From: Acidimicrobiia bacterium
Lineage (GTDB): Bacteria; Actinomycetota; Acidimicrobiia; Spongiisociales; ZC4RG35
Direction: 5' to 3'
NCBI GenBank assembly: GCA_035461175.1
Contig: DATHVR010000030.1
Span: 9,392 to 73,391 of the forward strand
DNA length: 64,000 bases
Shown here: piece by piece, positions 45,360-54,781 of the stretch
Layout of the letters: every line of letters starts with the position of its first letter
Position numbering within the stretch: the first letter of the stretch is position 1
Translations under genes and position numbers: made by a program
Notes under the pieces: generated by a model
Seen by the model: the letters and a program-made list of their open reading frames with translations, nothing else
Told to the model about the DNA's origin: nothing
Databases searched by the model: none

Positions 45360-45769
45360 CCCAGGTCCTCGTTGACGACCGCCATGGTGGCATGGAGGCG
45401 GGCGACATGGACCGCTTCGGCCCACACGTCGGCCTGGGTGAACACCAGCGTCCGTCCCGGCTTCACGACTTCTCCGCGACACCTGAGTTCCTCACCCCTG
45501 CCCGGCCGCAGCAGCTGGATCGACAGGTCAGAGGTCAATACCGATTGTCCCGGCTGCACCACGGTCGAGGCGGCGCCGCCGGCAGTGTGGTCGGCCATCG
45601 TGGTGATCACCCCGGCGTGGAGATAGCCGTGCTGCTGGAGGTGGCGCGGTTCAACCCGCAAGCGCGTCTCGACCCAGCCCGGGCCGGCATCTGCCAGTTC
45701 GTAGCCGACCTCCCGGATGAAGGGGGCGAGGGCGAAGACCGCTTGGACCCGGGACATCGCCTGGTTCAT
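45356..45769 (-). CDS. PaaI family hotdog-fold thioesterase
   Basis: HGYLHAGVITTMADHTAGGAA is the PaaI/4HBT motif. Confidence 0.75.
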   Translation of the reverse strand: MNQAMSRVQAVFALAPFIREVGYELADAGPGWVETRLRVEPRHLQQHGYLHAGVITTMADHTAGGAASTVVQPGQSVLTSDLSIQLLRPGRGEELRCRGEVVKPGRTLVFTQADVWAEAVHVARLHATMAVVNEDLG

Positions 45770-46212
45770 CGACTACGCAGGGGCCATACGAGCTGGATGC
45801 CAGGCTCGTCGTGGGCGGTGCCGGGCCATAGCCGGGCCCAGGGGTGACCGGCCGCATCGGAGCCGACGTCCCGCTGCATCTCGTCCAGGGCGGTAACCAG
45901 CCCCGCCACGTCCCCGTCGTGCCACCGGCTGGCAGCCTTACCACCGGGAAGGATCGTCGAACGCAGAGTCGGCACCGAGTGCGCACCGGTGAGCGGGATC
46001 CCGATATCGACCGCTATGGGCTCGGCCCGGTCGGTGAAACGCACAAAAGGTGCGCCGGCGGTGGGCACACGAGCAGCGGTGACTGCGGCCCGGACCCGGG
46101 CGAGTCCCTGCTCCACGACCTGGGCGAATCGGTCCACGGAGGTTGATCGTCCCAGGGCGACTGCCGGCACCGGCTCGACCTCGATCACCTCGATCTGGCC
46201 CGCCCGGCTCAT
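45766..46212 (-). CDS. GyrI-like small-molecule-binding domain protein
   Basis: 148 aa with weak similarity to AraC effector-binding / GyrI-like domains. Confidence 0.4.
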   Translation of the reverse strand: MSRAGQIEVIEVEPVPAVALGRSTSVDRFAQVVEQGLARVRAAVTAARVPTAGAPFVRFTDRAEPIAVDIGIPLTGAHSVPTLRSTILPGGKAASRWHDGDVAGLVTALDEMQRDVGSDAAGHPWARLWPGTAHDEPGIQLVWPLRSR

Positions 46213-46230
46213 TCCTGTGTTCCTTGCCCG

Positions 46231-46329
46231 ACCACCCTCATGATTCCCCCATCACCACCGTGCTCATTCCCCCACCACAACCGTCATGATTCCCCTTCCA
46301 CCACCGTCATGACTCCCCCACCACCACCG
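46231..46329. repeat. Tandem repeat, about 5 copies of a 21-23-bp unit duplicating the 3' end (last codons + stop) of the downstream carboxylase gene
   Basis: On the minus strand each unit reads …acggtggtggtgggggaatcATGA. Each copy forms a mini-ORF of the form MTVVVGES*, echoing the gene C-terminus …VLVVVGES*. Confidence 0.7.
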
Positions 46330-48306
46330 TCATGATTCCCCCACCACCACCAGTACCGCCTCGGCGGCGACCTGGTCTCCCGCTCCGGCGTGGATGGCGG
46401 TGACCACCCCGCCGTGGGGGGCGCGCAGTGAGTGCTCCATCTTCATCGCCTCCAGCACCACCAGCACCTGGCCTTCCTCCACCGTGTCGCCTTCCTCGAC
46501 CGTCACCCGTATCACCTTCCCGGGCATGGGGGCGTGGAGCGAGCCCGGGTCCTCTTCGTGCTCGGTGTCGGGGAACCGGGGCTTCTCGGTGAGTTGCACC
46601 GGACCTTCGGGGCCGTCGACGTAGATGGTGTCGCCCGACTGATGCACCCGATACCAGCCCAGCAAGCCCTCGAGCTCCAGGCCGACCCGGTCCTCGCTCG
46701 CTTCCAGCAGGCGAGCGTTATCGTATCCGTCGACGGTGAGGCGGCCGGAGCGGTCGAAGCTGTATCCGACCTCGATTTCCCCATGGCTGCCGGCGAAGTC
46801 GATCCGCTGGGGCTGTGAGGGCACGTTGCGCCAGCCGCTGGGGAGGGTGCCCAGTGCTCTGGCCTGGTGCCGGTGCCGGACCTGGGCGGCGAGAGCGGCC
46901 GCCACCGCCGCCCGCCGCTCCCCGTCGGCGTCGACCAATGGAGCGCTGAGGGCGGAGGGCTCGTGGCGCTCCAGAAAGTGGGTGTCGATCTCGCCCGCCA
47001 GGAACTCGGGATGGCGGAGGATGCGAACCAGCAGGTCCCGGTTGGTGACCGATCCGTGCACCGCCGCCCGTTCCAGGCTGCGGGCGAGGAGGATGGCCGC
47101 CTCGGCGCGGGTGGGAGCCCACGCCACCACCTTGGCCAACATCGGGTCGTAGTAGACGCTGATCTCCGAGCCGCTCTCGACCCCGCTGTCCACCCGCAGG
47201 CCCTCGGCCGCCGGGACCTCGAAGCGATCCAGGGTTCCCGTCACGGGCAGGAAGCCCGCCGAGGGGTCCTCGGCATACAGGCGGGCCTCGATGGCGTGAC
47301 CGACGAGGGAGGGACGCAGGGCGGCTTCGGGCAGCGGCTCGCCCATCGCCACCGTCAGTTGCAGACGCACCAGATCGAGGCCGGTCACCATCTCGGTGAC
47401 GGGGTGCTCGACCTGAAGCCGGGTGTTCATCTCCAGGAAGTAGAACTCGCCCTCCTGGTACAGGAACTCGACGGTGCCCGCCCCGACATAGTCGACGGCG
47501 CGGGCAGCGGCGACGGCCGCCTCACCCATCCGGGTGCGGGTGGCTTCGTCGATCACCGGCGAGGGGGCCTCCTCGATGATCTTCTGGTGGCGACGCTGGA
47601 TCGAACACTCACGCTCGAACAGCGACACGGTCTCCCCGGCTGTGTCGGCGAAGATCTGGATCTCGATGTGGCGAGGCGCCTCCAGGTACTTCTCCAGGAA
47701 CAAGGTGTCGTCGCCGAAGGCGGCTCCTGCCTCCCGGCGGGCGGCCTCGATCGCCTCGTCCAGTTCCTCCGGTTCGGCGACGATTCGCATGCCTTTGCCG
47801 CCTCCGCCGGCCGAGGCCTTGACCAGTACCGGGTAGCCGATCCTGGTTGCCAGCTCGGCCGCCTCGGCCGGATCTGAACCGGTGAGATCGAAGCCGGCCA
47901 GCGTGGGGACCCCGGCCGCTTCCATCAGGCGTTTGGAGGCGAGCTTGGAACCCATCACCTCGATGGCGGTGGCCGGAGGGCCGATCCAGATCAGCCCCGC
48001 CTCCTCCACGGCCCGGGCGAAAGAGGCGTTCTCGGCCAGGAATCCGTAACCGGGGTGGACGGCGTCGGCGCCGAGGCGCCGGGCGGCGGCCACCACCGCC
48101 TCGATGTCGAGATAGGTTTCGGCCGGGGAGTTGCCGGTCAGGGCCGCGGCCGAGTCGGCCTCACGGACGAAAGGGGCGCTGCGGTCGGCCTCGGAGTAGA
48201 CGGCGGCGGTGGCGATACCCATCCGGCGGCAGGTGGCGAAGATGCGTCGGGTGATCTCGCCCCGATTGGCGACGAGGAGCCTGGTGATGGTCGATTGCTG
48301 GGCCAT
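46330..48306 (-). CDS. Acyl-CoA carboxylase alpha subunit (biotin carboxylase + biotin carboxyl carrier domains)
   Basis: Trimmed to MAQQSTITRLLVANRGEI. ATP-grasp motifs and C-terminal EAMKME biotinylation site. Confidence 0.9.
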   Translation of the reverse strand: MAQQSTITRLLVANRGEITRRIFATCRRMGIATAAVYSEADRSAPFVREADSAAALTGNSPAETYLDIEAVVAAARRLGADAVHPGYGFLAENASFARAVEEAGLIWIGPPATAIEVMGSKLASKRLMEAAGVPTLAGFDLTGSDPAEAAELATRIGYPVLVKASAGGGGKGMRIVAEPEELDEAIEAARREAGAAFGDDTLFLEKYLEAPRHIEIQIFADTAGETVSLFERECSIQRRHQKIIEEAPSPVIDEATRTRMGEAAVAAARAVDYVGAGTVEFLYQEGEFYFLEMNTRLQVEHPVTEMVTGLDLVRLQLTVAMGEPLPEAALRPSLVGHAIEARLYAEDPSAGFLPVTGTLDRFEVPAAEGLRVDSGVESGSEISVYYDPMLAKVVAWAPTRAEAAILLARSLERAAVHGSVTNRDLLVRILRHPEFLAGEIDTHFLERHEPSALSAPLVDADGERRAAVAAALAAQVRHRHQARALGTLPSGWRNVPSQPQRIDFAGSHGEIEVGYSFDRSGRLTVDGYDNARLLEASEDRVGLELEGLLGWYRVHQSGDTIYVDGPEGPVQLTEKPRFPDTEHEEDPGSLHAPMPGKVIRVTVEEGDTVEEGQVLVVLEAMKMEHSLRAPHGGVVTAIHAGAGDQVAAEAVLVVVGES

Positions 48307-48392
48307 GGCAGGACCGGAACGGTAGCGGCCGGTCGCAGCGCTATGTCTCCGAGTCGGATAGGTTGGGGGTGAAAGCGAGAGGAGACCAGTCC

Positions 48393-48716
48393 ATGACCTA
48401 TCAGCTTCGACCGATCGAGACCCGGATCCTGGCGATGCGACAGGCGGGGCTGAGCGACGCCGAGATCGGCACGAAGGTGCGCAAGAGCCCGTCCCGAGTG
48501 GCGATGATCGCCGATTGGGCCCAGCACCCGGCGCGCGGCTCGGGTTTGAAGCGCGAGGACGAGGTCCTGTCTCCTGTGGCCAAGAGGGTCCTGGCGATGC
48601 GGGCCGAAGGCCAGTCGCACGCCGAGATCGGCGATCGTCTCCGGCGCGGCCCTCGCTATGTACGTCAGGTCGAAGGCCTGGCCCACTTCCGCCGGTACCG
48701 GGAACTCCTGGGTTGA
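48393..48716 (+). CDS. Small protein with two tandem LuxR/GerE-type HTH repeats
   Basis: Internal duplication: ETRILAMRQAGLSDAEIGTKVRKSPSRV and AKRVLAMRAEGQSHAEIGDRLRRGPRYV. RBS gagaggag. Confidence 0.45.
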   Translation: MTYQLRPIETRILAMRQAGLSDAEIGTKVRKSPSRVAMIADWAQHPARGSGLKREDEVLSPVAKRVLAMRAEGQSHAEIGDRLRRGPRYVRQVEGLAHFRRYRELLG

Positions 48717-49378
48717 CCACACCCGAGCCGTCCCCGCCCCGGCGGGGGATAGGAGTAGGCACCGCGCTGCTGGTGGCGATGGTGCTGGGGTTGGTGGCCG
48801 TCATCGGTCTCACGGTGTGGGGGATCCGCAACATCGCCGACGCCGTGCCGACTCCCGCCGATCTGTCGGCGGCCCTGGAGCCGGAGCCATATCAGGAGAT
48901 CGGCCCCACCGTCGTCCGTTCGGTTCGTGACCTGGCCAACCTGACCACGATCGAACTGGTCGAGTACACGATCGTCGAGAAGGGGACCGATGCCGGATTC
49001 CTGGCCTGGGCCCGGGGCGACAGCCTGGAGTTGTTCGCCGTGGCCCGGATCGGAGCCGGGGTCGACCTCGGCTCCGTCAACGTCCGTTCCTTCGACCTGT
49101 CTGAGGACGGGGTGGTGGAAATGGTGGTGCCGGCGGCCGAGATCCAGTACGTGGCGGTCGACAATGAAGCTACCCAGATCCTCGATCGCTCCACCGGCTT
49201 GTTCACCAAGGGCGACCCCCGGCTCGAGTCGGATGCCCGGCGGGTGGCTGAGGAGATCCTCCAGCAGGCCGCCATCGAGGAGGGAATCCTCGACACCGCC
49301 GAGGAGAACGCCTCCGAGGTCATCACCAACTTCCTGCTCAGCCTCGGCTACCGCGACGTGATCATCGAGTTCGAATAG
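48713..49378 (+). CDS. DUF4230 family protein (N-terminal TM anchor)
   Basis: Possible TTG start overlapping the upstream stop (TTGA). The later ATG/GTG starts cannot be ruled out. Confidence 0.55.
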   Translation: MTTPEPSPPRRGIGVGTALLVAMVLGLVAVIGLTVWGIRNIADAVPTPADLSAALEPEPYQEIGPTVVRSVRDLANLTTIELVEYTIVEKGTDAGFLAWARGDSLELFAVARIGAGVDLGSVNVRSFDLSEDGVVEMVVPAAEIQYVAVDNEATQILDRSTGLFTKGDPRLESDARRVAEEILQQAAIEEGILDTAEENASEVITNFLLSLGYRDVIIEFE

Positions 49379-49382
49379 ATCC

Positions 49383-49430
49383 TTTTCGCGACAGAATTGC
49401 GCGCCATGGCGCGCAATTCATGCGCGAAAA
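49383..49430. repeat. Interspersed palindromic repeat, family A copy 2
   Basis: ttttcgcgacagaattgcgcgccatggcgcgcaattcatgcgcgaaaa. It overlaps the last 3 codons of the minus-strand DUF385 gene. Confidence 0.65.
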
Positions 49431-49855
49431 CGGTGGGGGTCGGCCTCGTCCATGCGGAGGAACTCGGTCACGTTGGCGAGGCGGAGGATGGGTCGGGCGG
49501 CTGCCGGCATGTGGGCCATTCCTTCCTCGGTCGAGACGAGCCGGGGATTGTCGAGGTGGACCTCCTGGCTCCGGCGTCGGATGGTGCAGGTACCGGCTGC
49601 CATCACGTTCTTGACCCAGTCGGCGTCGGATCCGTAGGTGAGGGCGAACATGAATCCGTGCTCGGCCTCTAAGACATTCAGGGGGATGGCGTACTCCCGG
49701 CCCGTTCGGCGACCGGAGTGCCTGAGTATGCAGAAGCCCGGCGCCCATCCGGCGAAGAGCCGGACGATGGGGTTGGTGACGTAACGGTTGAACCGTGCGA
49801 TGGCCCGGGGAATCGGCACAGCCTGATTATCGACCCATGACCCAGAACTCACCAC
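49418..49855 (-). CDS. Deazaflavin (F420H2)-dependent nitroreductase family protein (DUF385)
   Basis: ARFNRYVTNPIVRLFAGWAPGF…HSGRRTGREYAIPL is characteristic of the family. Confidence 0.75.
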   Translation of the reverse strand: MVSSGSWVDNQAVPIPRAIARFNRYVTNPIVRLFAGWAPGFCILRHSGRRTGREYAIPLNVLEAEHGFMFALTYGSDADWVKNVMAAGTCTIRRRSQEVHLDNPRLVSTEEGMAHMPAAARPILRLANVTEFLRMDEADPHRFRA

Positions 49856-49879
49856 CCGTTACGGCGAGCGGAGCGAGCC

Positions 49880-51478
49880 TCACATGCGGAAGACGCCGAA
49901 TTCGGAGGTTCCCTTGACCGGGGCGGAGTGGGTGGCGGAGAGGGCGATGCCCAGCACGGTGCGGGTGTCGCGGGGGTCGATCAGGCCGTCGTCGCGGACC
50001 AGGGCGGTGGAGAAGTAGGCCTGCTCCTCGTGTTCGATCTGCGCCTCGATGAGGGCGGTGCGCTGGGCGTCCGCTTCCTCGTCGTAGGGGATGCCGCGTG
50101 CTTCCGCCGCCGCCCGCCCGATGATCGACATCACTCCCGCCAGCTGTTTGGGCCCCATCACCGCCACTTTGTGGTTGGGGTAGCCGAAGACGAATCGGGG
50201 GTCGTAGCTGCGGCCCGACATGCCGTAGTTGCCGGCCCCGTAGGAGACCCCGGTCATGAGCGAGATGTGGGGGACGGTGGAGTTGCTGACGGCATTGACC
50301 ATCTTGGCGCCGTCCTTGATCATTCCCCGCTGCTCGTACTGCTTGCCGACCATGTAGCCGGTGGTGTTGTGGCTGAAGATGATCGGGACGTCGTAGCGAT
50401 TGCACAGCTGGATGAATTCGGTCGCCTTCTGGGCCTCCTCGGAAAACAGGACGCCCTGCTGGTTGGCGATGACGCCGACCGGGAAGCCGTGGATCGAACC
50501 CCAGCCACACAGCAGCGAGATCCCGTATAGAGCCTTGTACTCCTCGAACCGGGACCCGTCCAGCACCCGGGCCAGGATCTCGCGCTGATCGAAGGGAATC
50601 CGCAGATCGGGAGGGATCGCCCCCAGGATCTCGTCGGGGTCGTAGAGAGGCTCGTCGGCGGGCATGGTGGGCCCGTACCCCTGCTTGCGCCAATTGAGGT
50701 GGGCGACGATGTCGCGTCCCATCCTGATCGCCTCGTACTCATCTCGGGCGAAGTAGTCGGACAGGCCCGAGATCTTGGAGTGCATCTCGGCGCCGCCCAG
50801 CTCCTCGTCGGTCGATTCCTCCCCCGTGGCCATCTTGACCAGGGGCGGGCCGCCCAGGAACACCTTCGCCTGCTGGTCGACCATCACGGCGTAGTCGCAC
50901 ATGCCGGGGACGTAGGCGCCGCCGGCGGTGGAGCTGCCGAAGACCAGGGCGATGGTGGGTACACCCGCCGCCGACATCTGTGTCAGGTTGCGGAACCACT
51001 TGCCGCCGGTGAGGAAAACCTCGGCCTGATCGGGGAGGTCGGCCCCGCCCGACTCGACCAGGTTGATGAGGGGCATCCGGTTCTCGCGGGCGATGTCCTG
51101 GGCACGGAGGCTCTTGCGCAGCGAGTAGCGGTTGGAGGATCCCGCCTGGGAGGTGGGGTCGTTGGCGGAAATGACACACTCGACCCCTTTGACCACCCCG
51201 ATCCCGGTGACGGCGTTGGCTCCGAGGGGTTTGTCGGATCCCCAGGCGGCCAGGGTCGACAGCTCGAGGAAGGGGGCGTCACGGTCGACCAGCAGCTCGA
51301 TTCGTTCCCGGGCCAGAAGTTTGCCCCGGTCCCGGTGGCGCTGGACGTACTTCTCGCCGCCTCCCATCCGGGCCTCGGCCAGCAGCTTCTCGAACTCCTC
51401 GAGGCGTTCCAGCATCGCGGTCCGGTTGGACCGGTACTCCTCCGAACGCGGATCGAGTCTGCTGCTGATCGGCTGCAT
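49880..51478 (-). CDS. Acyl-CoA carboxylase beta subunit (carboxyltransferase; methylcrotonoyl-/propionyl-CoA carboxylase type)
   Basis: ORF 49880..52030 trimmed to MQPISSRLD. Two carboxyltransferase domains. Confidence 0.9.
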   Translation of the reverse strand: MQPISSRLDPRSEEYRSNRTAMLERLEEFEKLLAEARMGGGEKYVQRHRDRGKLLARERIELLVDRDAPFLELSTLAAWGSDKPLGANAVTGIGVVKGVECVISANDPTSQAGSSNRYSLRKSLRAQDIARENRMPLINLVESGGADLPDQAEVFLTGGKWFRNLTQMSAAGVPTIALVFGSSTAGGAYVPGMCDYAVMVDQQAKVFLGGPPLVKMATGEESTDEELGGAEMHSKISGLSDYFARDEYEAIRMGRDIVAHLNWRKQGYGPTMPADEPLYDPDEILGAIPPDLRIPFDQREILARVLDGSRFEEYKALYGISLLCGWGSIHGFPVGVIANQQGVLFSEEAQKATEFIQLCNRYDVPIIFSHNTTGYMVGKQYEQRGMIKDGAKMVNAVSNSTVPHISLMTGVSYGAGNYGMSGRSYDPRFVFGYPNHKVAVMGPKQLAGVMSIIGRAAAEARGIPYDEEADAQRTALIEAQIEHEEQAYFSTALVRDDGLIDPRDTRTVLGIALSATHSAPVKGTSEFGVFRM

Positions 51479-51550
51479 CGCCGGGCAGGGTAGTGGCGAT
51501 CGCCGACCGGGCGGCTGCGGGAACCGGCCGGCGGACCCATCCGGTAAGTT

Positions 51551-52006
51551 GTGCCGATGGAAGAAATTCTCACCAGACTCCGGCCGCTGATCGGGACTGA
51601 GATCGGCACCAGCGACTGGTTCACGATCGACCAGGAGCGGATCCAGGCATTTGCCGACGCCACCGAAGACCACCAGTGGATCCATGTCGATCCCGATCGC
51701 GCCGCCGCGGGTCCGTTCGGCACCACGATCGCTCACGGTTTCCTGACCCTGTCGCTGACGGTCGGTCTCACGGCCGATCTGGAGCTCGACATGGGGTCGC
51801 CGAAGATGGCGATCAACTATGGGCTCGACCGGGTCCGCTTCACCGGTCCGGTCCCGTCGGGAACCCGAATCCGGGCCCGGGTGGAACTGGCCGATGTGCA
51901 TGAGGCCGGCGGCGGCATCCAGGTCAAGCGGCTGGTCACGATCGAGCGGGAAGGCGAGAAGGGTCCGGCGATGGTGGCCGAGACCTTGTCTCGCTACTAC
52001 TACTGA
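51551..52006 (+). CDS. MaoC-like (R)-specific enoyl-CoA hydratase/dehydratase
   Basis: Hotdog fold with FADATEDHQWIHVD motif. Confidence 0.8.
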   Translation: MPMEEILTRLRPLIGTEIGTSDWFTIDQERIQAFADATEDHQWIHVDPDRAAAGPFGTTIAHGFLTLSLTVGLTADLELDMGSPKMAINYGLDRVRFTGPVPSGTRIRARVELADVHEAGGGIQVKRLVTIEREGEKGPAMVAETLSRYYY

Positions 52007-52033
52007 CACGCAGTCCCCGCCCCTTGTCAATTC

Positions 52034-52066
52034 AGGTTGACAGATCCAGGTCTGTCAACCTAGGAT
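52034..52066 (+). promoter_or_regulatory. Candidate sigma-A-type promoter (TTGACA-18-TAGGAT) embedded in a 10-bp inverted repeat (AGGTTGACAG-N8-CTGTCAACCT); probable leaderless start
   Basis: -35 TTGACA at 52037-42 and -10 TAGGAT at 52061-66. The ATG at 52074 lies about 8 nt downstream of the -10. Confidence 0.45.
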
Positions 52067-52073
52067 GACGGAT

Positions 52074-52280
52074 ATGAGCGATCCGTTCGATGTGCAGACC
52101 GCGGTGGCCTCCGACGATCCCGCGGACGGACTGGAGTCGGTCAAGGCCTTGCGCAAGCTGGCCGACGCCCTCGAAGAGCGGTACGTGGCGGCCGCACGCC
52201 GCACCGGTTGGACCTGGCAGCAGATCGGCGACGCCCTCGGGGTGACCCGCCAGGCGGTCCACAAGAAGCATGGGCGGTAG
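52074..52280 (+). CDS. Small HTH-containing protein (possibly leaderless; alternative ATG at 52065)
   Basis: C-terminal GWTWQQIGDALGVTRQAVHKKHGR is an HTH-like segment. Confidence 0.45.
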   Translation: MSDPFDVQTAVASDDPADGLESVKALRKLADALEERYVAAARRTGWTWQQIGDALGVTRQAVHKKHGR

Positions 52281-52283
52281 CCG

Positions 52284-52763
52284 GTGTTCGAGAGGTTCGA
52301 CGACTCGGTGAAGAGAGTGGTGGTGCGAGCCCAGGAACTCTGCATTGCCCGGGCCGACGAGGTGATCGGTTCCGAGCACCTGCTGTTGGCCGCCGCCGAG
52401 GCGTCCAATCCGGTCCTGCTATCGGTGGGGCTGGCTGCGGACGTCCTGCAGGAGGCCTGGGATCGACTCGAGTCGGATGCGCTCGCGGCCGTGGGTGTCG
52501 ACGCCGCGCTGGCACCGCCATGGCGAGCGCGCTGGAGCCGCCGCCGTCACATCCCGTTCTCGGGCTCGGCCAAGGAAGCGCTCAAGGGTGCGCTCAGGGA
52601 AGCTCTGGACCGGGGCGAACGGCAGATCCGGATCGAGCACCTGATCCTGGCGCTGACCGTGCAGCCACCTCACGACCGCGCGGTGCGAATCCTGCGGCGC
52701 GCCGGGATGCCGTCTTCCAGCCTGCGGGCGGCGCTGGTCGAGGAACTCAAGAGGGCTTCTTGA
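52284..52763 (+). CDS. Clp amino-terminal (Clp R) domain protein, stand-alone
   Basis: MFERFDDSVKRVVVRAQELCIARADEVIGSEHLLLAAAE closely matches the ClpC/ClpB N-domain repeat. Confidence 0.75.
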   Translation: MFERFDDSVKRVVVRAQELCIARADEVIGSEHLLLAAAEASNPVLLSVGLAADVLQEAWDRLESDALAAVGVDAALAPPWRARWSRRRHIPFSGSAKEALKGALREALDRGERQIRIEHLILALTVQPPHDRAVRILRRAGMPSSSLRAALVEELKRAS

Positions 52764-52797
52764 AGTAGCTTCGCCGATCGAGGGCGGACCCCGCCGC

Positions 52798-54087
52798 CTA
52801 CGTGTCAGCTGTCGACTCCGGCAGGCCCACGCGGCGGGCAAAGTCGAGCAGATACTTCTTGTCGACTTCCGCCAGGTCGGAGCGCTCGATGGAGGAAATC
52901 ACCTCGGCCGCCTCGGTCTTTAGGGCTGCGGTGCGGCCCTCGAAGTCGGCCCCTTCCACCACCCCGATCAGCGAGGCGAAGGTCTCGATCAGGGCGTGGA
53001 GGGCGTGGGGCTCGCCGGCGGCATTGATTCGGAGCTCGCGGAAGGCGGCATGAACGTAGTCGGAGTGGGACCAGGCCCGGGGTAGGTAGATCCGGGTGCC
53101 GTTCTCGCTGCTGTGGATGCGGCCGGGGATGTCACGCATCAGGAGCCGCTGCATCGGCGCCCCCAGATGGCGGATCACGTCGGCGCCGGTGGTGGCATCG
53201 TTCATCGAGGGAGACAGGGCCCGCAGCGCCACGTCCACCAGTTGACGAATACCGTAAGAGGGATCGGTGGAGATGGTCCTGGTGCGGTTGACATCGATGG
53301 CAGAGGCGATAGCCGCCGTGGCCTTCTCATCGGCCTGGGGCCACACCCGCGCCGCCACCTCGTCGCGGGTGATGAAGTCGCCGATCCGAAGGTCGACCCG
53401 GACCACCTAATCGGGGGTAAGTGCCGCCGCCATCCGATCGACGTCGATCGACCCGACCCAACCCGACTTGGCGACGTACACCAGTGAGCCGGGATCATTG
53501 GCGGGCGGGGTGAGTCCCTCGGCGGGGGGCACTTCCCTCTCGGGGAGGGCATTGATGGACGCCACGGTTTCGTCGGCGAGACGGCGGATGATGGTGTCGA
53601 TACGCATGCTGCGCATGACCCGATCGATGAAATACACGATGAGAACCATCGAGATCACGCCGAGGGTCACGGCCAGGGTGGCCGAGAAGTCGTGGCGGGA
53701 GAAGGGGATCTCTTCGGTGCCGTGAACGTCGGAGAGGACGAGGAGGGAGTAGACGAAGGTGCCCACCGACGTGCCGATCGTGACCTGCTGATACCGGTCC
53801 CGCAAAAGGCCTTGGGTCACCCGGGGCGACAGTTGGGATGTGGCCAACTGCACCACCACCGCCGTCATGGAGAAGACGACGCCGGCGACGGTGACGGTGG
53901 CCGTGGCGACGGTGGAGAGAATCGCCCGGGTGGAGTCGACCGTGGTCGGCAGCAGCCAGGACGAGTCGGCCGGCACCACCCCGTCCATCCACCGAGCTCC
54001 CCAGGCGAGCAGCCCCAGGCCGATGATGAGGGTGATCGGCACGAGGAAGAGGCTGTCCCGGATGCGCTCGTAGATCGAGGTGATCAA
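52798..54087 (-). pseudogene. DUF2254-like membrane protein interrupted by an in-frame TAG (53407..53409)
   Basis: ORFs 53407..54087 and 52798..53406 are in the same frame, separated only by TAG (…AAALTPD * VVRVDLRIGDF…). Together they would give about 429 aa. Confidence 0.5.
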
Positions 54088-54097
54088 GGTCGGTTCC

Positions 54098-54781
54098 TCA
54101 CGGCGCCAGGCTCCGTCCGCCTCCGACCACGAATACGTGCCCGGTGATGTAGCCGGGCCGGACCATCCACGCCACCAGGTCGGCGATCTCTTCCGGCTCG
54201 CCCATCCTTCCCAGGGGGATGTTGGACACCATCTTCTGGCGGATCTCCTCGGGGATCGCCATCGACATCTCGGTGGCGATCAAACCGGGGGCGATGGCGT
54301 TGACGCGCACGCCGGGAGCCAATTCCAGCGCCAGGGCCCGGGTCAGTCCCACCACGCCCCCCTTGGACATCGAATAGTTGAACTGGCCGAAGTTGCCCAG
54401 GTAGGCGCGGGAGGCGAGGTTGACGATCGAGCCGCCCGCCGTCATTCGGGGTGCCAGTGCCTGGCAGAGCCGGTAGGGGGCGCCCAGGTTCACATCGAGA
54501 ACGGCAGCCACGTCGGCTTCGGTGAGGTTGACGAGCCGGGCGTCACGGGTGATTCCGGCGTTGTTAACGACCACCTCGAGTCGGCGGTTGCCGATGACGT
54601 CGGCGACGGCGGCGATGCCCTCGGGGCGGGTGAGGTCGACCTGGACGGGCTCGAAGCTGGTCTCGGCCAGGGCGTCACCGATGTCGACACCGATGACGGC
54701 AAAGCCTTCTGCTTCCAGCCGCTCGCCGATCGCCCGGCCGATTCCCCGGGCGGCTCCGGTCACCACGGCCAGGCTGGTCAT
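54098..54781 (-). CDS. SDR family oxidoreductase (FabG-like 3-oxoacyl-ACP reductase)
   Basis: TGAARGIGRAI, NNAG, and S…YxxxK motifs. Confidence 0.85.
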   Translation of the reverse strand: MTSLAVVTGAARGIGRAIGERLEAEGFAVIGVDIGDALAETSFEPVQVDLTRPEGIAAVADVIGNRRLEVVVNNAGITRDARLVNLTEADVAAVLDVNLGAPYRLCQALAPRMTAGGSIVNLASRAYLGNFGQFNYSMSKGGVVGLTRALALELAPGVRVNAIAPGLIATEMSMAIPEEIRQKMVSNIPLGRMGEPEEIADLVAWMVRPGYITGHVFVVGGGRSLAP

